From: Paraphysomonas bandaiensis
Taxonomy: Eukaryota > Protista > Chrysophyceae
DNA: 64,000 nt
Assembly (NCBI GenBank): GCA_965644295.1
Contig: CBFFRP010000281.1
Span: forward strand, 434,001 to 498,000
Reading direction: 5' to 3'
In this document: positions 34,543 through 47,801 of the stretch, in pieces
How the letters are laid out: each line of letters opens with the position of its first letter
How positions within the stretch are numbered: position 1 is the first letter of the stretch
Made by a program: the position numbers and the translations under genes
Notes under the pieces: model-generated
Told to the model about the DNA's origin: nothing
Database searches by the model: none
What the model saw: the letters and a program-made list of their open reading frames with translations, nothing else

Positions 34543-35285
34543 CAGGGCTGCGTAACAATAAATTGCAATTTTATTGCAAATGTTTTTTTGCAATTATTAG
34601 TTATACCTCGCGCAATTATTGCAATTATTGTCTAATTAACTTAGTTACTCATTGCTTACAAGCTTTACAAGCAGGTATAGTATCTTCAACCGTACTAGCA
34701 TTCCACAGAATCTATTAAAGCGCAAGAACATAAAGGCCTCTAATCGATGAGGTGCCATAGATTTGAGCAGACCACTCATGCTCTACTGAAAAGCCTATCT
34801 ATATAATTAGTAGTGGAGTAAATATCCATGTTTTCGACTGCAAAAAACAGTAAAAATCCCTGATCATCCATGCCCACACTGCTGCACATCCAGTTTGTAG
34901 TGAACTACAATCCTGCAGTGTCCTGTGAGACAAGATCGGAAGAACATGATTACCACACTACTTATATATATATCTAAAACTAGAAGGGTATTGAGCATTA
35001 CATATATACTGAACTAAGTTTTGTAGGTCAAAATCTAGAGGAAAGACACATAATCGACCGTTCAAAGAAACAGTACCTCTCTAAATGTAAATAAAACGTT
35101 ATTATGAGAGGCCAACGTTCCCACCATTCTAATAGACATTATAATTGCCATTAAGGGCAATACATGGCTATTGTCCTTAATGTTTTCCAACTTCTAATTC
35201 TAATATTATGTGCTTATACTATATAGTTAATAATTGCCAATTAATTGCAATTAACTGCAATTCAATAAATTGTTACGCAGCCCTG
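34543..35285 (-). mobile_element. Non-autonomous hAT element (family A), 743 bp
   Basis: Perfect 17-bp TIR CAGGGCTGCGTAACAAT; 8-bp TSD TGTGAGAT at 34535-34542 and 35286-35293; internal minus-strand remnant RLFSRA...PHRLEAFMFLRFN. Confidence 0.93.
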
Positions 35286-36575
35286 TGTGAGATGAATAAT
35301 AGTAGTAAAAATTGAAATTGGCTGTACACGGTTGTGCCTATCTATGATCGTGTGAAAATGACTGGTAGTTGAGTTAACATGAATTTGGCAAAAATAAGTG
35401 CTATTGCACTATTGATTATAATTTATACTTCAAGTATTGAGTGTATATCAAGTTTATTTCATCATCCAAACATGACGAAAGCTGATAAGGAGGTCATATC
35501 TTCCTGGGCTCAAAATTTTGAATGAAGGCAAAACCAAAGCATCTACATATCGGAATTGCAATTGTACAAAACTAACTCAAAACTGTAAATTTCCGAATTC
35601 AATAGTAGCTACAACTATTTTGTCCCGACCACATAGAAATGCTGAAGGGATAGCAATTGCGAATCTCGCACACAAATGTGATGGTGAATGTTGTAGTCGC
35701 GCTAGGCTTTTTATTGCTTCGGTATATTCATTATCATCATACATATGTACATCACGCTTAAACTCTGCTAGTGCAACTGAGTCGAATGATATAATGCACA
35801 TAATTCTAATAAGCACGACGTGACCCCAACCCTGAATGCGCTATGGGCTACTACTCCAAATCTTATTGAGCTTTAAATGTGGCTTATGAACGCTCCTTGA
35901 AGTATTATTTCGATGTTCTTCATGAAGATAAATCACTCGCACTATCATCATTCTGATCTTCTACATCATCAGATTGACAATGTGATTTTTCAGCAGTGGA
36001 TAGTTGGAGGGATGAGGATATGTTTGAGATATGTCTGTATACGCTATTCACTACTATGGACGATTGACAGATAGATCCTAGCTACTTTAGTATACACTGT
36101 CTATATACAGAGTATACGGACTCTGTATACCACTTATTGTCTAAATTTCCTGGATTTTTTATCTATAAAACCTCATTTCTTATACAAAAATAAATTTCTA
36201 GAATTTGAAGTCATGTGGTTGAAGGTCACTTCGTTGTGTCTGTTCATTGTGTGTGTCCCATAGCTGATGTCATAGAGGGATATATCCACCATGATCTATT
36301 CCTATAGATATCCCTGTATATATATGGTAGAGCCCAATATACATACATTACATATGAGAGTATCAAGTATCAACATATATATACTCATATAGAGTAGCTC
36401 GTACATATCAATAATCCCTCTTCCATATCTCTCATTCATAAACTACCTCTAGCAGTCTCAAGTGTCACCTGTATGAACCCTATCACATGACCCTCTTCTA
36501 TCACATGACCTCAACGGCACTCTAACGGCACTGTCTCATACTCTCATAATATACAATTAACAATACCCATAGCTC

Positions 36576-37927
36576 ATGAACTCTTATCTATCAGATATCA
36601 TGGAAATCCTCATCATCTACAGTATCATGTCCACGTTACACATATCTATTCATTTTCTATTAAACCACATCATAAGCCGTATATGGAGATGGCTGTTATA
36701 TAACACATCTATACATGAGTCTATATATCAGTCGGCAATATATCACTATCAGAGGCATCGTTCCTCATTAAAGATATCCAGGTGGATTGCTGACAAAAAA
36801 AACGCCTCGTATTGTACTCGACTTGCAAGGAAACATTCGGCAGCGGTATTAATCCAGAAAGTGTTTCGAGGTGTCTTATCACGCTATAGAACAGAGCAAG
36901 AAGTGTTATCATCAATGACACATTATTCTCGTGAAGTTGACTATATCGAATTATTGCTGCGAAGGGGTATACATGTGCATGATGTTGAATCACGATCTGC
37001 TTGCATACTGAGTCTACAAGGGTCATCTCAGTTTGCTCACATACAGCTCAGCACGTATAAAATTGGTAATTCTAGTATATTTTATAGAAGAATGGAGAAC
37101 CACGTTACAAGTAAAGAGATATCTGTGATTACAAACCTGTGGTTACGTTAATTTATTAGGTTTTTTGTTAAGAGATATCGCTGATGTACGAAGTGAATTC
37201 CAGAAGAGTATAGGTCTTAATCAAGGCAACGTACTGCGAGAGAAGCAATCTTCTGTTCCCGTGATAACTATAACTGGATCCGGAAGAAAACCTTCAATGC
37301 ATATAATGGCGGAATCGTTGACGACGACATGCGCCTTAGTGTGCTCTATTCGTGTGGTATGTCATATGTTCCACTGTGCATGATATAGTGACTGTTTGTA
37401 CATAGCTAGTAGACAGGGAACTCTCTGTAAACGATTTTGTAAACCGCGGACGAAAGCAGTGGCTTCTACTTCCATTGAAAGCCATTTACGAGCAAACATG
37501 CTTGTATTCATCCTACAAAAAAGCTAAGGAATTCATTAGCACATCTTGTTCCGGCGGCTTACGAATATATGTGCACAGTGAGCCAGAGCTTCATCAAAAG
37601 AATTTTTTAATTTGCACGAGAGAAATTCTATCTCAGATACGAATTATAGAAAGTCCAACGGGGCAATTTGCCTTGGTCTTTCAGATGCCCTTGAGAAGTT
37701 GTTTTTTCCTTTCTACTCAAGAGCTTCCGGTAAATCAAATACGTGAAGTACGTAGTGGCAGTGACTCGTTTTTTCTACGTAACTGTCCTGGTGTTGATTC
37801 TGCAAAGTGTTGTGGGATATTCAGTGAGCACTTTGCATGTGAATTTGAATTTTTTGATGGCGATATACGTGACGAATTTGTGTCTGCATTAGAAACTTTG
37901 AGAAGAATTCAGAACAGAAAATCTTAA
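36576..37927 (+). CDS. IQ-motif protein with C-terminal PH-like domain; multi-exon, start uncertain
   Basis: AAVLIQKVFRGVLSR (IQxxxRGxxxR); LPVNQIREVRSGSDS..CCGIFS..EFEFFDGDIRDEFVSAL resembles PLC-type PH domains. Confidence 0.6.
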
Positions 37928-38375
37928 AGTTAGTAGTAGTTTTATATATATAGATTTTGAATTTTCTATATTCGTGTGAGTTGTTAGCTGGAGACACTGG
38001 TAGTGCCTTTTTCGTTTTCTGACAATTAGTTTGGGTTGAATATCATCCAACCATTATTTTAATTAAGATTTATGATGTCATGGAAATATTTAGTACTACA
38101 ATTTAGTGGTGTGCTGAAATAGAATATTGAATATTGGTTGCAGTATGAAATAAAATACCCTTAAAAATGACTAGGTCGTATTAATAGTGTAAAACGTTCT
38201 GAAAATACTAAAGCCGAAGTTGGATGAATGCAAACGCAGCCTACTACATACACCAATTGCATCAAATAAATACGGGTTATTTCTATCATGTAGAACTAAA
38301 CAATTCACTTCCACGCAAAGGTCATCATCGTATCAAAAGTTTCATATTACTTAACGTGATAGCGGAAATATATAG

Positions 38376-40859
38376 CTACTCAGTTCGCAATCTAAACTCC
38401 TCCGGAAGCTCTTCCTGTTCCTTGTCTAACCAATCGCCAAATGCATCTAGGCGTTCCTCCTCAGCATCAACCTCAGCAGTTGCCCCACTTGCAGTATGAC
38501 TAGTACCATCAGCTGTTGACATAGTCGGTACACTATAGTTAGTCACGCCATCCCAAAACATGCAACGCAGTTTACGACCACCAAAAAACCTTCCATCCAT
38601 TACTCTAACACACTCTTGAGCTGCAAACGCGGTGTGAAATTTGACTATCACTACTCCCTTCGGATTAGTGCTAAATACCGTTATCTTATCGATTGGGCCA
38701 CATTTTTCACATTCCTCTACAATGTCCCTTTCCAGGTCATCAAAAAATGACTCGTCTTTACTCGCTTCATCAGGATGGAACATATTTTCAAGCACTACAA
38801 TTTTCAAAGCGCGCCTCTTAGAAACACCTACGAATATACGAAACATAAGATAAATTGCAGCACACTTCTACCATTACCACATGATGATAGTGATGCAAGG
38901 TAATTGTAACAAAGCTATCAATAAATAATGCAGCATAACACATTCACTTCAAACAGTCAGTATGGTAATTACTACACGTACGCATGTAGCCTACAACACG
39001 ACGACATAAGAGGTTCCACACCTAGATCGTCGTCTTCGTTCCACGCTAAGGCTTGCTTCATAGCATTCTGGGTAACTTTGACCTTTCAAGACGAGGAGTT
39101 ACAAAGGTCACAACGAAGTTATACGAATGAGTAAACCGTAAATCCATTTGAATGAGTGATACATGGTATAAATACCTGAGCGTGAGTCAGTGCCTGCTTT
39201 GGCCTCTTCCAATCATTTTTTCCTCCTGTACCCTCACTAGATAAATCTTTTTTCGTAAATTCAGCGCGAGTAACAGAAAGTGGTTGCGTAAGAGGTCGGA
39301 TGCACCCCCCATCAAGAACATCGACAGCCATTTGTACACTTGCCTGTAGCACAGTTATATTACTATTGCATTGCACGTTACATACCTCCGCGAGATAACA
39401 TATCGATGCATCACCCTTAGGATTTCCTGTACAAATTTAACAATCAGATCGTACACAATACCAAACAGCACACTAGCTCAGTACTATTCCTTTAACATAC
39501 ATACTTATAGACTAAAGGTCTGAAATGTACCTTCTTCATCTTTGTAGAGCTTTATCTTAGGCAACTGGTCCAATGGGCTTATAGCAATTAATCCCACCTT
39601 CCATTATCATATCACAAAAAGTCAATATCATATCACTAAAAGAAAGAACCAGATCATATCGTATGGTGCAATACATGGACATTTACGGTGATAGCAATCT
39701 TTCTTTTCTCAGAATTACAAGATACCTTAGAGAAGTGCTCTTTTAACTCCTCTACAGTAATATCCAGAGGCAGCCCAGAGATATAGACCCATAACTTAGC
39801 ACTGGCTGCGTTCCAGTCTTTCTTTTTCTTCTTGCGCTTCCTCTTCCGCGTCTCATTATTTTTTCCATCTTCTTTGGAACTATCTGGCACAGTCTTTTCT
39901 TTACTTATGTCATCATCTTCGGCTTCTCCCTCTGATTCAGATTCTTGACACTCATCTTCAACCCAATCTTGTTCACTTTCGTCCCACATGTATTTCACCC
40001 CATCGTCCGCCACAAATGATTTCTTTCCTTCTTTACCAGAGGAAGTGACAGTTTCAAAAGATACGTCGGCCGGAATTGTGCTATCATCTCCTGTGAGATA
40101 CCTCATTATATTATGCGACATATACATGTACTGATAAATTCACGCCATTAAAATACCCAGGACAGCATATATAAAGCGTAAAACTTCCACACACTTAACA
40201 CAATTTGTAATTATAAAATACATATATATGAAATTACCTTGGTAGACCTGTTGCTCTTCTGTTGGCATAGAGTTCATGAGTTCAGCCGTTTTTTCTTCCT
40301 CTTCTGCAACTTTATTGGCTGCGTCCTTAAGCTCAGGTACATCGCTGAGCTTTACCCAGTTAGGAAGGTTCGAGCCATATACGAGGGTAAGTCCGTCAAT
40401 TTCTCCTTGTTGAAGCTTGTGGATAATTAACCTACAAATTCGTCAATAAAATGAATACATTCATAGTCAATTAATGTTTTTACATATTACACTTTACATA
40501 CTATTAGTTACGCCTTAAGTCAATGACAAGATGTAATATGAAGTAGATAAATGGTAAAGTACCGTGATAAAACAGGACCCTTCTGTTGACCATTAGCATC
40601 AATATAATACCACATCTTATTAATGAACTCCACAACTGGTTTAAAGGGTTCAATCTGATAATAATTAATTAAATTAAACATAATTAGTGTATAAATGTCA
40701 TCATACTTCCGATGTTTTCTTCCACTCTGTCATACCTTCTTTCCATACAGCAGTGTCTCCAGACACCCCAATACCTTTCTCTAATAACCGTATCAGGACA
40801 TTAGAAGGAACAGGACCCTTTGGTTGTCCATTACTATCCTGATACATCCAGTTTTCCAT
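38376..40859 (-). CDS. HTATSF1: TatSF1/CUS2-like splicing factor (RRM + UHM) with two N-terminal GYF_2-like domains; multi-exon
   Basis: WVYISGLPLDITVEELKEHFSK, IKLYKDE, KGDASICY, IVVLENMFHP..DIVEECEKCGPIDKI..MDGRFFGGR..FWDG. N-terminus WMYQDSNGQPKGPV and WYYIDANGQQKGPV. Confidence 0.88.
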
Positions 40860-41257
40860 GACCGAATATTGGATATCTCAATCTTAGCAAGAGAGTTCAA
40901 TGGGTTATATGTATACATATATATGTAGAGGAATTGTCTACTTAACAATCTCCAGTTTATAGTTCATACCTCCACAGTATATGCATGAAATTACCCAGAA
41001 AAATACTGTAGATCCATCCCCATTTCCTAAAAAACAAGGGTTTCACGAATAGAAAGGGGGGTTTCATATCACTCATCAGTGGAATTCTAGAATTTCTAGA
41101 AAAATTCCTACTATTATAGTATATTTTTGCTCAGTTTTCTGTTTTCTGACAGGTACACATTGAACCATATATATATGTACAAGTAGGTGCTGCCTGTAGA
41201 GTGCACAGGATCACTCAGCTATCAATTTATCTTGACATTCCATGTAATCACTGCAGA

Positions 41258-43351
41258 ATGTTAACTACTATAGTTGTATGTTTAATGAGCTCCTTACTGG
41301 TGTTACTCTTTACCAGTGTCGATCCTTATATGGTTAGTTACATACATATGTACATATACATGTATATACAGTCATTCATATGTACAGGATGAGATATTTC
41401 ATATCCCACAAGCAAAAGAATACTGCAATGGGAATTTTGGTACAGTTATTATTCTTTATGATAACAGCACTTATTGTTGTCTTATAAGATTCATGGGATC
41501 CAAAGATCACTACCTTTCCTGGGCTCTATATCATATCATCTATGCTGCCTTTCGTTGTGAAAAAGATATCGGGATACAATTTTTGTGGAACTTTTTACTT
41601 ACGATGCTGTAATTTTGTCTTTTCAATGCTTTACTTCGCGGTTGCGGTGTGGTGCAGAAAATTGGTATACTCGACACCCATACCGTCATTCTTTCACATC
41701 TTATTTGTGTAGATAGCAAAATCTACCATCGACGCATTAACGCTTGCCAATGTCCTGTATTTCTATCCCCCTGTGTTCTTTTACCACTTTCTCTACTATA
41801 CTGATACTTTAAGTGTGTTGAGTTTATTGGCACTATATGCGTATGCCATACAGAATGTACAGGCACGAAAAGAGAAAAGCGTCAGCCTGAGATCTCACTG
41901 TATCATGATATTGGTACGTTCATGTTTTATCTTTAGAAGGCGCGCCCTAGTGTAGTGCTGTGTTGAATAAGTGAAGAAATGAATAGATCATTTGGCTGAT
42001 AGTATTACAGTTATATCTGTTTCATATGAAGTGATATAGATAGTTTTCCGATATCTAATACTTGAATGCAGCTTTCAAGTGTTTGCATTTTGAGCAGGCA
42101 AACAAATGCGTTGTGGGTGTTGTTTGTTGCTGGAGTGACCATTTTGAGTGAAATGGAAAGAAAAGAAGTACTTAGGTGGGAAGTTGTATATGATGATTCA
42201 TTGAGTTTACATCTGACCTGAATATTGCGTTCTATTCTTAGGGACAATCAATGGGATATCCATGCAGTTTTATATTTTATAAGGAGTTTATTTGTTCATT
42301 TCCATTACATAGCGTCGGTAACATGGTCTCTTTTGCTTCCTGTATTTGCGTTCGTACTCTTTATTGTATACAATGGAAGTATTGTTGTTGGTATGTATTT
42401 TATTATGAATCATGCAGGTAGTGAATTGTTACCTACATTACGCAGGTGACAAAGGAAACCATCAAATGGTACTTCACTTGGCAATGCCTCTTCACTTTCT
42501 GGTAATTGTGAGTCTAATTATGGCACCGGTACACATTTTCCAGAGGTTTTATACTTTCAATGGCACGACCAGTGAAGTGCAACCGTCGGCACGCGTTTCT
42601 CGTCGCTCTTCCTTCCTCTCGGCCGTGCGGTGGGGAACTGACAATGCATTTCTGTTTTTTGCAGTTAACTGTGTCGTTGGATGGATTTTGTGGTCCAGCT
42701 GTTACTCACACCCATTTCTGTTGGCAGATAATAGGTACTAGTAGATGAAGAGAGCATCATGTAGATAATTCTGTTTCTGTATTTGGTGGCTGCTCTATAC
42801 TTGAAGATTACTATCTCTATTGTAGGCACTTAACGTTCTATATTTGGAGATACATTTTGTCAAAGCCTGTTTTAAGGTGAACTTTTTGACTGATAATATA
42901 TTCTGTGCTGTGTAAGATGTTGTGTGTACAGACTTGTTCTCACCCCAGTATATTCCACCGCGGTAATTCATGTGTATCAAACCATCTCTCAGTGCAAAGG
43001 ACTATTATGGATGTCTATTTACAGTCTTGCATTGGGGATAACCCTTATCCCTGCTCATTTATTGGAGCTGAGATACTTCACTCCTGGTGTCGTTGTTTTA
43101 TTACTTAACATTCCTCAAGTAAGTTTACGAGGAGAGGTGATAATGGATTTGTACTGTATTATAATATGTCATATTAGTATTATAATGTATGACGATTTAA
43201 CAGTTGCTTGTTTTATCTTGTGTAGGTGACTCAAAGAGCATGGACATTAGTAGTAGTAGCATTTGTCGTCGTTGATGTAGCCCTGCTATATATATTTCTT
43301 TACCGTTCGTTTTTATGGCCAGATGGTTCGCTTGCCAGATTCATGTTGTAG
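41258..43351 (+). CDS. ALG10: Alpha-1,2-glucosyltransferase ALG10/DIE2; multi-exon
   Basis: DPYM|DEIFHIPQAKEYCNG, WDPKITTFPGLY, FLYYTD, RQTN, NGSIVVGDKGNH, HPFLLADNR|H, LLELRYF; C-terminus RFML*. Confidence 0.92.
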
Positions 43352-44041
43352 TGGTTCTGTAAATGCAAGTAAAATTCCTCCTAAGGTTAACTATTATCTT
43401 TGTAGATCACATTTTATATATCAAAGTTGTATAGAAGCTCTTCAGGCCCTCAATTACTCATTACTCATTACGTTCTTAGAACTATCGGATTTATTGTAAC
43501 ATATAGTATAGAAACACTGACTCAAATATGTAATGATAATCCATAATTACATTTAAATGTAATGAACATCCCTATAAACAGTATAAATATATTGTTGTTT
43601 ATTCCTGCCAGTTTGCTGTTGTGTGTAGACTGTAAGCACCAGATATTAAACAGGCATAGCCGATCAACGACGGCACAATAGAAAAAGTTTGTATCACCAA
43701 TCAGTTTTATTATGTAAAAAGATTAATGAGTTGGATAATTGGTCATGGCATGGTTGAAGGCTGCAGTTCACAATATATGCTCAGACAGTATCACCACCTA
43801 AGATATAACCGAAAACAGTGCACTAACTATGAATAAAAGAAGTGAGAGCTATCATATAACGAGTACCATAGTCAAACTACTGCCATATATTCTGTCTGTA
43901 CAGACAATACACAACGACTGACATTGACCGCTATATACGATACAGCGCAACGCACAGTATGCAAACTGATGGACTCCAAATGCAAGGTGACATATGAATA
44001 ACCTTAAAAGTGTGACTATATACTGGCATCTACCACTTCTG

Positions 44042-44966
44042 CTAAGGGGTGCAACGCGCGGTATTCACCTCGTCTAGAAACTCTCTTCTCAGCATTGGGT
44101 TATCTTTGAGAGTTCCCAGCATACATTTCGTAACGGTTGTACTCCCACTTTTTTCTACACCACGCATGCACATGCACATGTGGCTATCACATAGTACGTT
44201 AGAGAATACACATTGCATTGAAGGAATTATGTACAGAATCAATGTACCAAATAAACATATAACCCACATTTAGTTTAGTAGACAATCTTAAATGTGTTCG
44301 TATTACCTTGCTTCTACAACAACGCCGACCCCCTGGGCTTCCGCTATTTCCATGACTGCATGGGCTACCTGTTGTGTCAGTCTCTCTTGCAACTACATTC
44401 ATGACAGGTCAATTATACACACTCACATTGAAGTAAGGTTTCATTACACACTCACCTGAAGTCTACGGGCAAATACTTCTGCTATTCTCGGCAACTTACT
44501 CAGTCCTAAAATCTTATGGGTCGGTATATATGTAATGTGAATCTGTGTACGGTATTAGAAAAACATGATAAGGAATATATAGCAAACCTTTCCGTGAAAA
44601 GGAACCAAATGATGCTCACACAAAGAATATATATCTATATTCTTCACAGTTATCGCTTCAGAACTGGCATTGCTGTCATAAAATATCCCATCACCAACAA
44701 CATCTCTCGGCCCGACATTATATCCTTTCGTGAAACTAATTAATGCCTTAGCAGCTCTTACAGGCGTGTCAATGAGACCATCTCGTGATGGATCTTCGCC
44801 TATAGCCTACATATATGAATATCATGGAGCAGTTAAACATGAATAATTGAGTTGTATGCTAGTGTATTACTTTCAGTATCTCTGAATAGAGCATTGCCAC
44901 AGTAGACACCTTCTCATCATCATTAAGAGACTCAGATGAACCATCTGTGGATAAAAACTCATCCAT
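44042..44966 (-). CDS. GCH1: GTP cyclohydrolase I; multi-exon
   Basis: [61 protein letters not shown]. Confidence 0.92.
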
Positions 44967-45105
44967 CTCTATCTTTTCTAATAGATATCAAAACACACGA
45001 TGATTTTAAGTAGTTTCTATTCAATCGGCTGTTGTGACTGAGCCTATGAATGAGCCACACAATAGTAGAACCGTAATAATCATATGAGAAATACAGTACA
45101 CATAC

Positions 45106-45530
45106 ATGCTACTGTTCGACAGGGCAAAACACGTATTTATCTACAGTATATTCTTTTCTGCTGAAATATCGGCATATTTCACTATTTTATTCCATATACT
45201 GCTACTTTTTTAGGTTATTTTAATGGCCATGATGATAGGTTCACTTCCCAAATATTCTTTTCCACCTCAAACCAGGGATTTATTGGTCTTTGGAATATTC
45301 GAATGTTGTGTTGCAATTTTCATGGTCCAGTATAAAACCCTGGGTTTTCAAGAGATTTTAGGACCTGAGCGAAATGTTCCACAAGCTGTCGCGCAGTATG
45401 ATCATGATGATATAATGGATATACGTAGCTACTCGTGTAGGTATATCCACAGCTTGAGTTGAAGAATCAGATACTTGGATACATACAGCAGCGATTCTGT
45501 CAACGTACGCAAGACTCCAGGAATAAATAG
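45106..45530 (+). CDS. Possible small 3-exon hypothetical protein
   Basis: In-frame GT-AG splicing gives MLLFDRAKH|VILMAMMIGS...NVPQA|VYPQLELKN...RNK*. No recognised homology. Confidence 0.2.
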
Positions 45531-46133
45531 ATGTGCACAAGAAGGAAAAACAGTTGAAAAGAAAATACTATCTTAATAAACTTTGTATCGTATGTAATCT
45601 TACAACGCATGTAGAGATACTACGAGCTGATTGAGGTATTTAAAGGAATTTGATTATCTGGTGTTATATGTATTTTCGTATTGTATTGTCGGGACAATGC
45701 TTTCTAGTTTTAAAATACCCAACTCGTCAAAAGAGTACCATAAATATAATAGGCTCAGAACTCCAGATATTTACATGAACTTATGACGTTGAAGTTCTAC
45801 TTATATGATGATGTTGGTACTTAAACCTGATTTCTTAATACTCGCCTGATTTGAAGGCTACCCTTGGATTTTGTTGTGTAAGACATGAGGTCGTATACGA
45901 TGGGCACATGTGTTTTGTCTATATTTGTTGACCTTCACTGAGTGTTATACTATGATGTAATGAAACACGTCCCATTGAGTCGACTTCTTGTGATAAAATT
46001 GCTGACTTAGTAGTTCTTTCTCAGTTAAACTACTATATTCTATAAGTAATGCAGAATGTGGTATTTGGACTCTTCATACATATATTTTATGCGACATATA
46101 TATTGCTTTACTACAAAGATATAAAATTTGTAT

Positions 46134-47336
46134 CTAATCAAATCCTTTTATATTTACTACTGACTCCAATCTAGTTTCTACATGCACAGTTGGGTCAAGA
46201 GCTGATACTATTATGTGCATATCTTTGTATGCACTGGGCGCCTCGTCAATTGTTTCTATACGTACACATGATGATACTACATTTTCCATTGACTTCTTGA
46301 ACTCTTTCAGTTTTATTTTTCTTCTGGCATCTGCTCTGGACATAATTCGCCCACACCCATGGGCACAAGAGAAATTCCAGTCAGGGTTCCCTTTTCCTCT
46401 GCACAGAAGTATACCATCCCTCATATTGAGAGCAACAATGCACATTTCTCCATCCTCTGCTGAAATTGCGCCCTTCCGGAGTATTATATTTTCTCTTTTA
46501 AAATCTATATAATTGTGAATTGATTCAATCACATCAGACCTGTTATACTCGACTCCAATTTCTCGTAGAATCAACTGTAGCATGATATGACGGTTCATTA
46601 TAGCCAAATGCTGAGCGCAGATCAAATCGAAGCAGTAGGCGACTGCAAATTCATCAACTAGACAATTACAGCTTCGATCAACAAAAGAATTATGATATTC
46701 AAATAGTTTCATTCCGAATGCCCTGGACCCGCTGTGAATAGTCAGAAAATGCTCTTCCGAATTGGGGTCACGGTTTATTTCGATAAAATGATTCCCAGAG
46801 CCAAGTGTTCCAAATGAACATAGACACACATTTAAGTCTATTCCAATCTTTTCACAAAGCGACGAAAAGTACTCATAGTTTATTGTAATTGGTGGTACCC
46901 CAATACGACATGCAAATAGATCAGCATCATGCTGCGCAGCCGAAAGGTACTTCGATATGTAAGACTCTTCAACTGGAGGTATTGGATGAATATTATAATG
47001 ACCTGTACCCATGGGAATAGTGCTGCGAATAATGGAATCAATTCGCTTCAAATTAATTCGACGCTTATTCAGAGGGTAAGTCAAAATGCCACAACCAATA
47101 TCACCCCCTACGTAACTCGGAACAACACGCTGATAACTTACATGAGATGTAAATCCCACACATCCTCCATGGCTAACATGACAGTCTGGCATTACTCTTG
47201 AGTGGCTGAGAGAGGGGTTGGATATCATGGCTTTGATTTGTTTCTTCGTAGCAGGATCAATATGATATTCATCCAAGTAGACAATAGCTGATTCCTCCTC
47301 TGATATTGGATTAGATATCACAGTACGGTGATTCAT
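46134..47336 (-). CDS. rtcB: RtcB-family RNA 3'-phosphate/5'-OH ligase, short bacterial/viral type, intronless
   Basis: RVMPDCH, VGGDIGCG, GTLGSGNHFIE, IHSGSR, IHNYID, LRKGA, SCAHGCGR, DEAPSAYK; 400 aa. Confidence 0.93.
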   Translation of the reverse strand: MNHRTVISNPISEEESAIVYLDEYHIDPATKKQIKAMISNPSLSHSRVMPDCHVSHGGCVGFTSHVSYQRVVPSYVGGDIGCGILTYPLNKRRINLKRIDSIIRSTIPMGTGHYNIHPIPPVEESYISKYLSAAQHDADLFACRIGVPPITINYEYFSSLCEKIGIDLNVCLCSFGTLGSGNHFIEINRDPNSEEHFLTIHSGSRAFGMKLFEYHNSFVDRSCNCLVDEFAVAYCFDLICAQHLAIMNRHIMLQLILREIGVEYNRSDVIESIHNYIDFKRENIILRKGAISAEDGEMCIVALNMRDGILLCRGKGNPDWNFSCAHGCGRIMSRADARRKIKLKEFKKSMENVVSSCVRIETIDEAPSAYKDMHIIVSALDPTVHVETRLESVVNIKGFD

Positions 47337-47801
47337 GTTAATAATATACGCCAGCTTATAGTTATGGAACTCAACCTCTTAGTTTCACCACTTGCTTTTA
47401 GTGTGACTATCACAAATCCAGCCATGAAGAAGTTTTGCGTACATATGATTGGTTCAACAGATTTTCCGTAAACGGACAACACAGCAGTATGAATGTGTGC
47501 ATTACGTGCCGTATGTATGTGAGTAATCCGTAATGTACTGCTGTATATACAGTATGTATGCAGCTAGAGTATGTAGGTACAGTAGGTAGGTAGGTACTGT
47601 TTGTACGAATGTATTTAGCATGTATGTATGCGTAGGTAGGCAGGCATGTTTAGTGATTTGTTTAGTGAAGGCTTCTGCGGTGAGTATAAAGAGTGAAGCC
47701 TAGAGCATGAGCAGCAGTACGTAAACATTCAATAGGGTTGTATCATTACTGATACCTTCTAACACTAGTATTGACATCCATATATACATCTCTATATCCC
47801 C

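Noticed and set aside
35400-35900. Short ORFs beside the hAT element
   Set aside because: No motif or splice pattern that I can support.
41081-41108. TTCTAGAA-T-TTCTAGAA as a heat-shock element (similar palindrome at about 36192)
   Set aside because: The spacing between GAA and TTC is 1 nt rather than 2, and AT-rich palindromes arise easily by chance.
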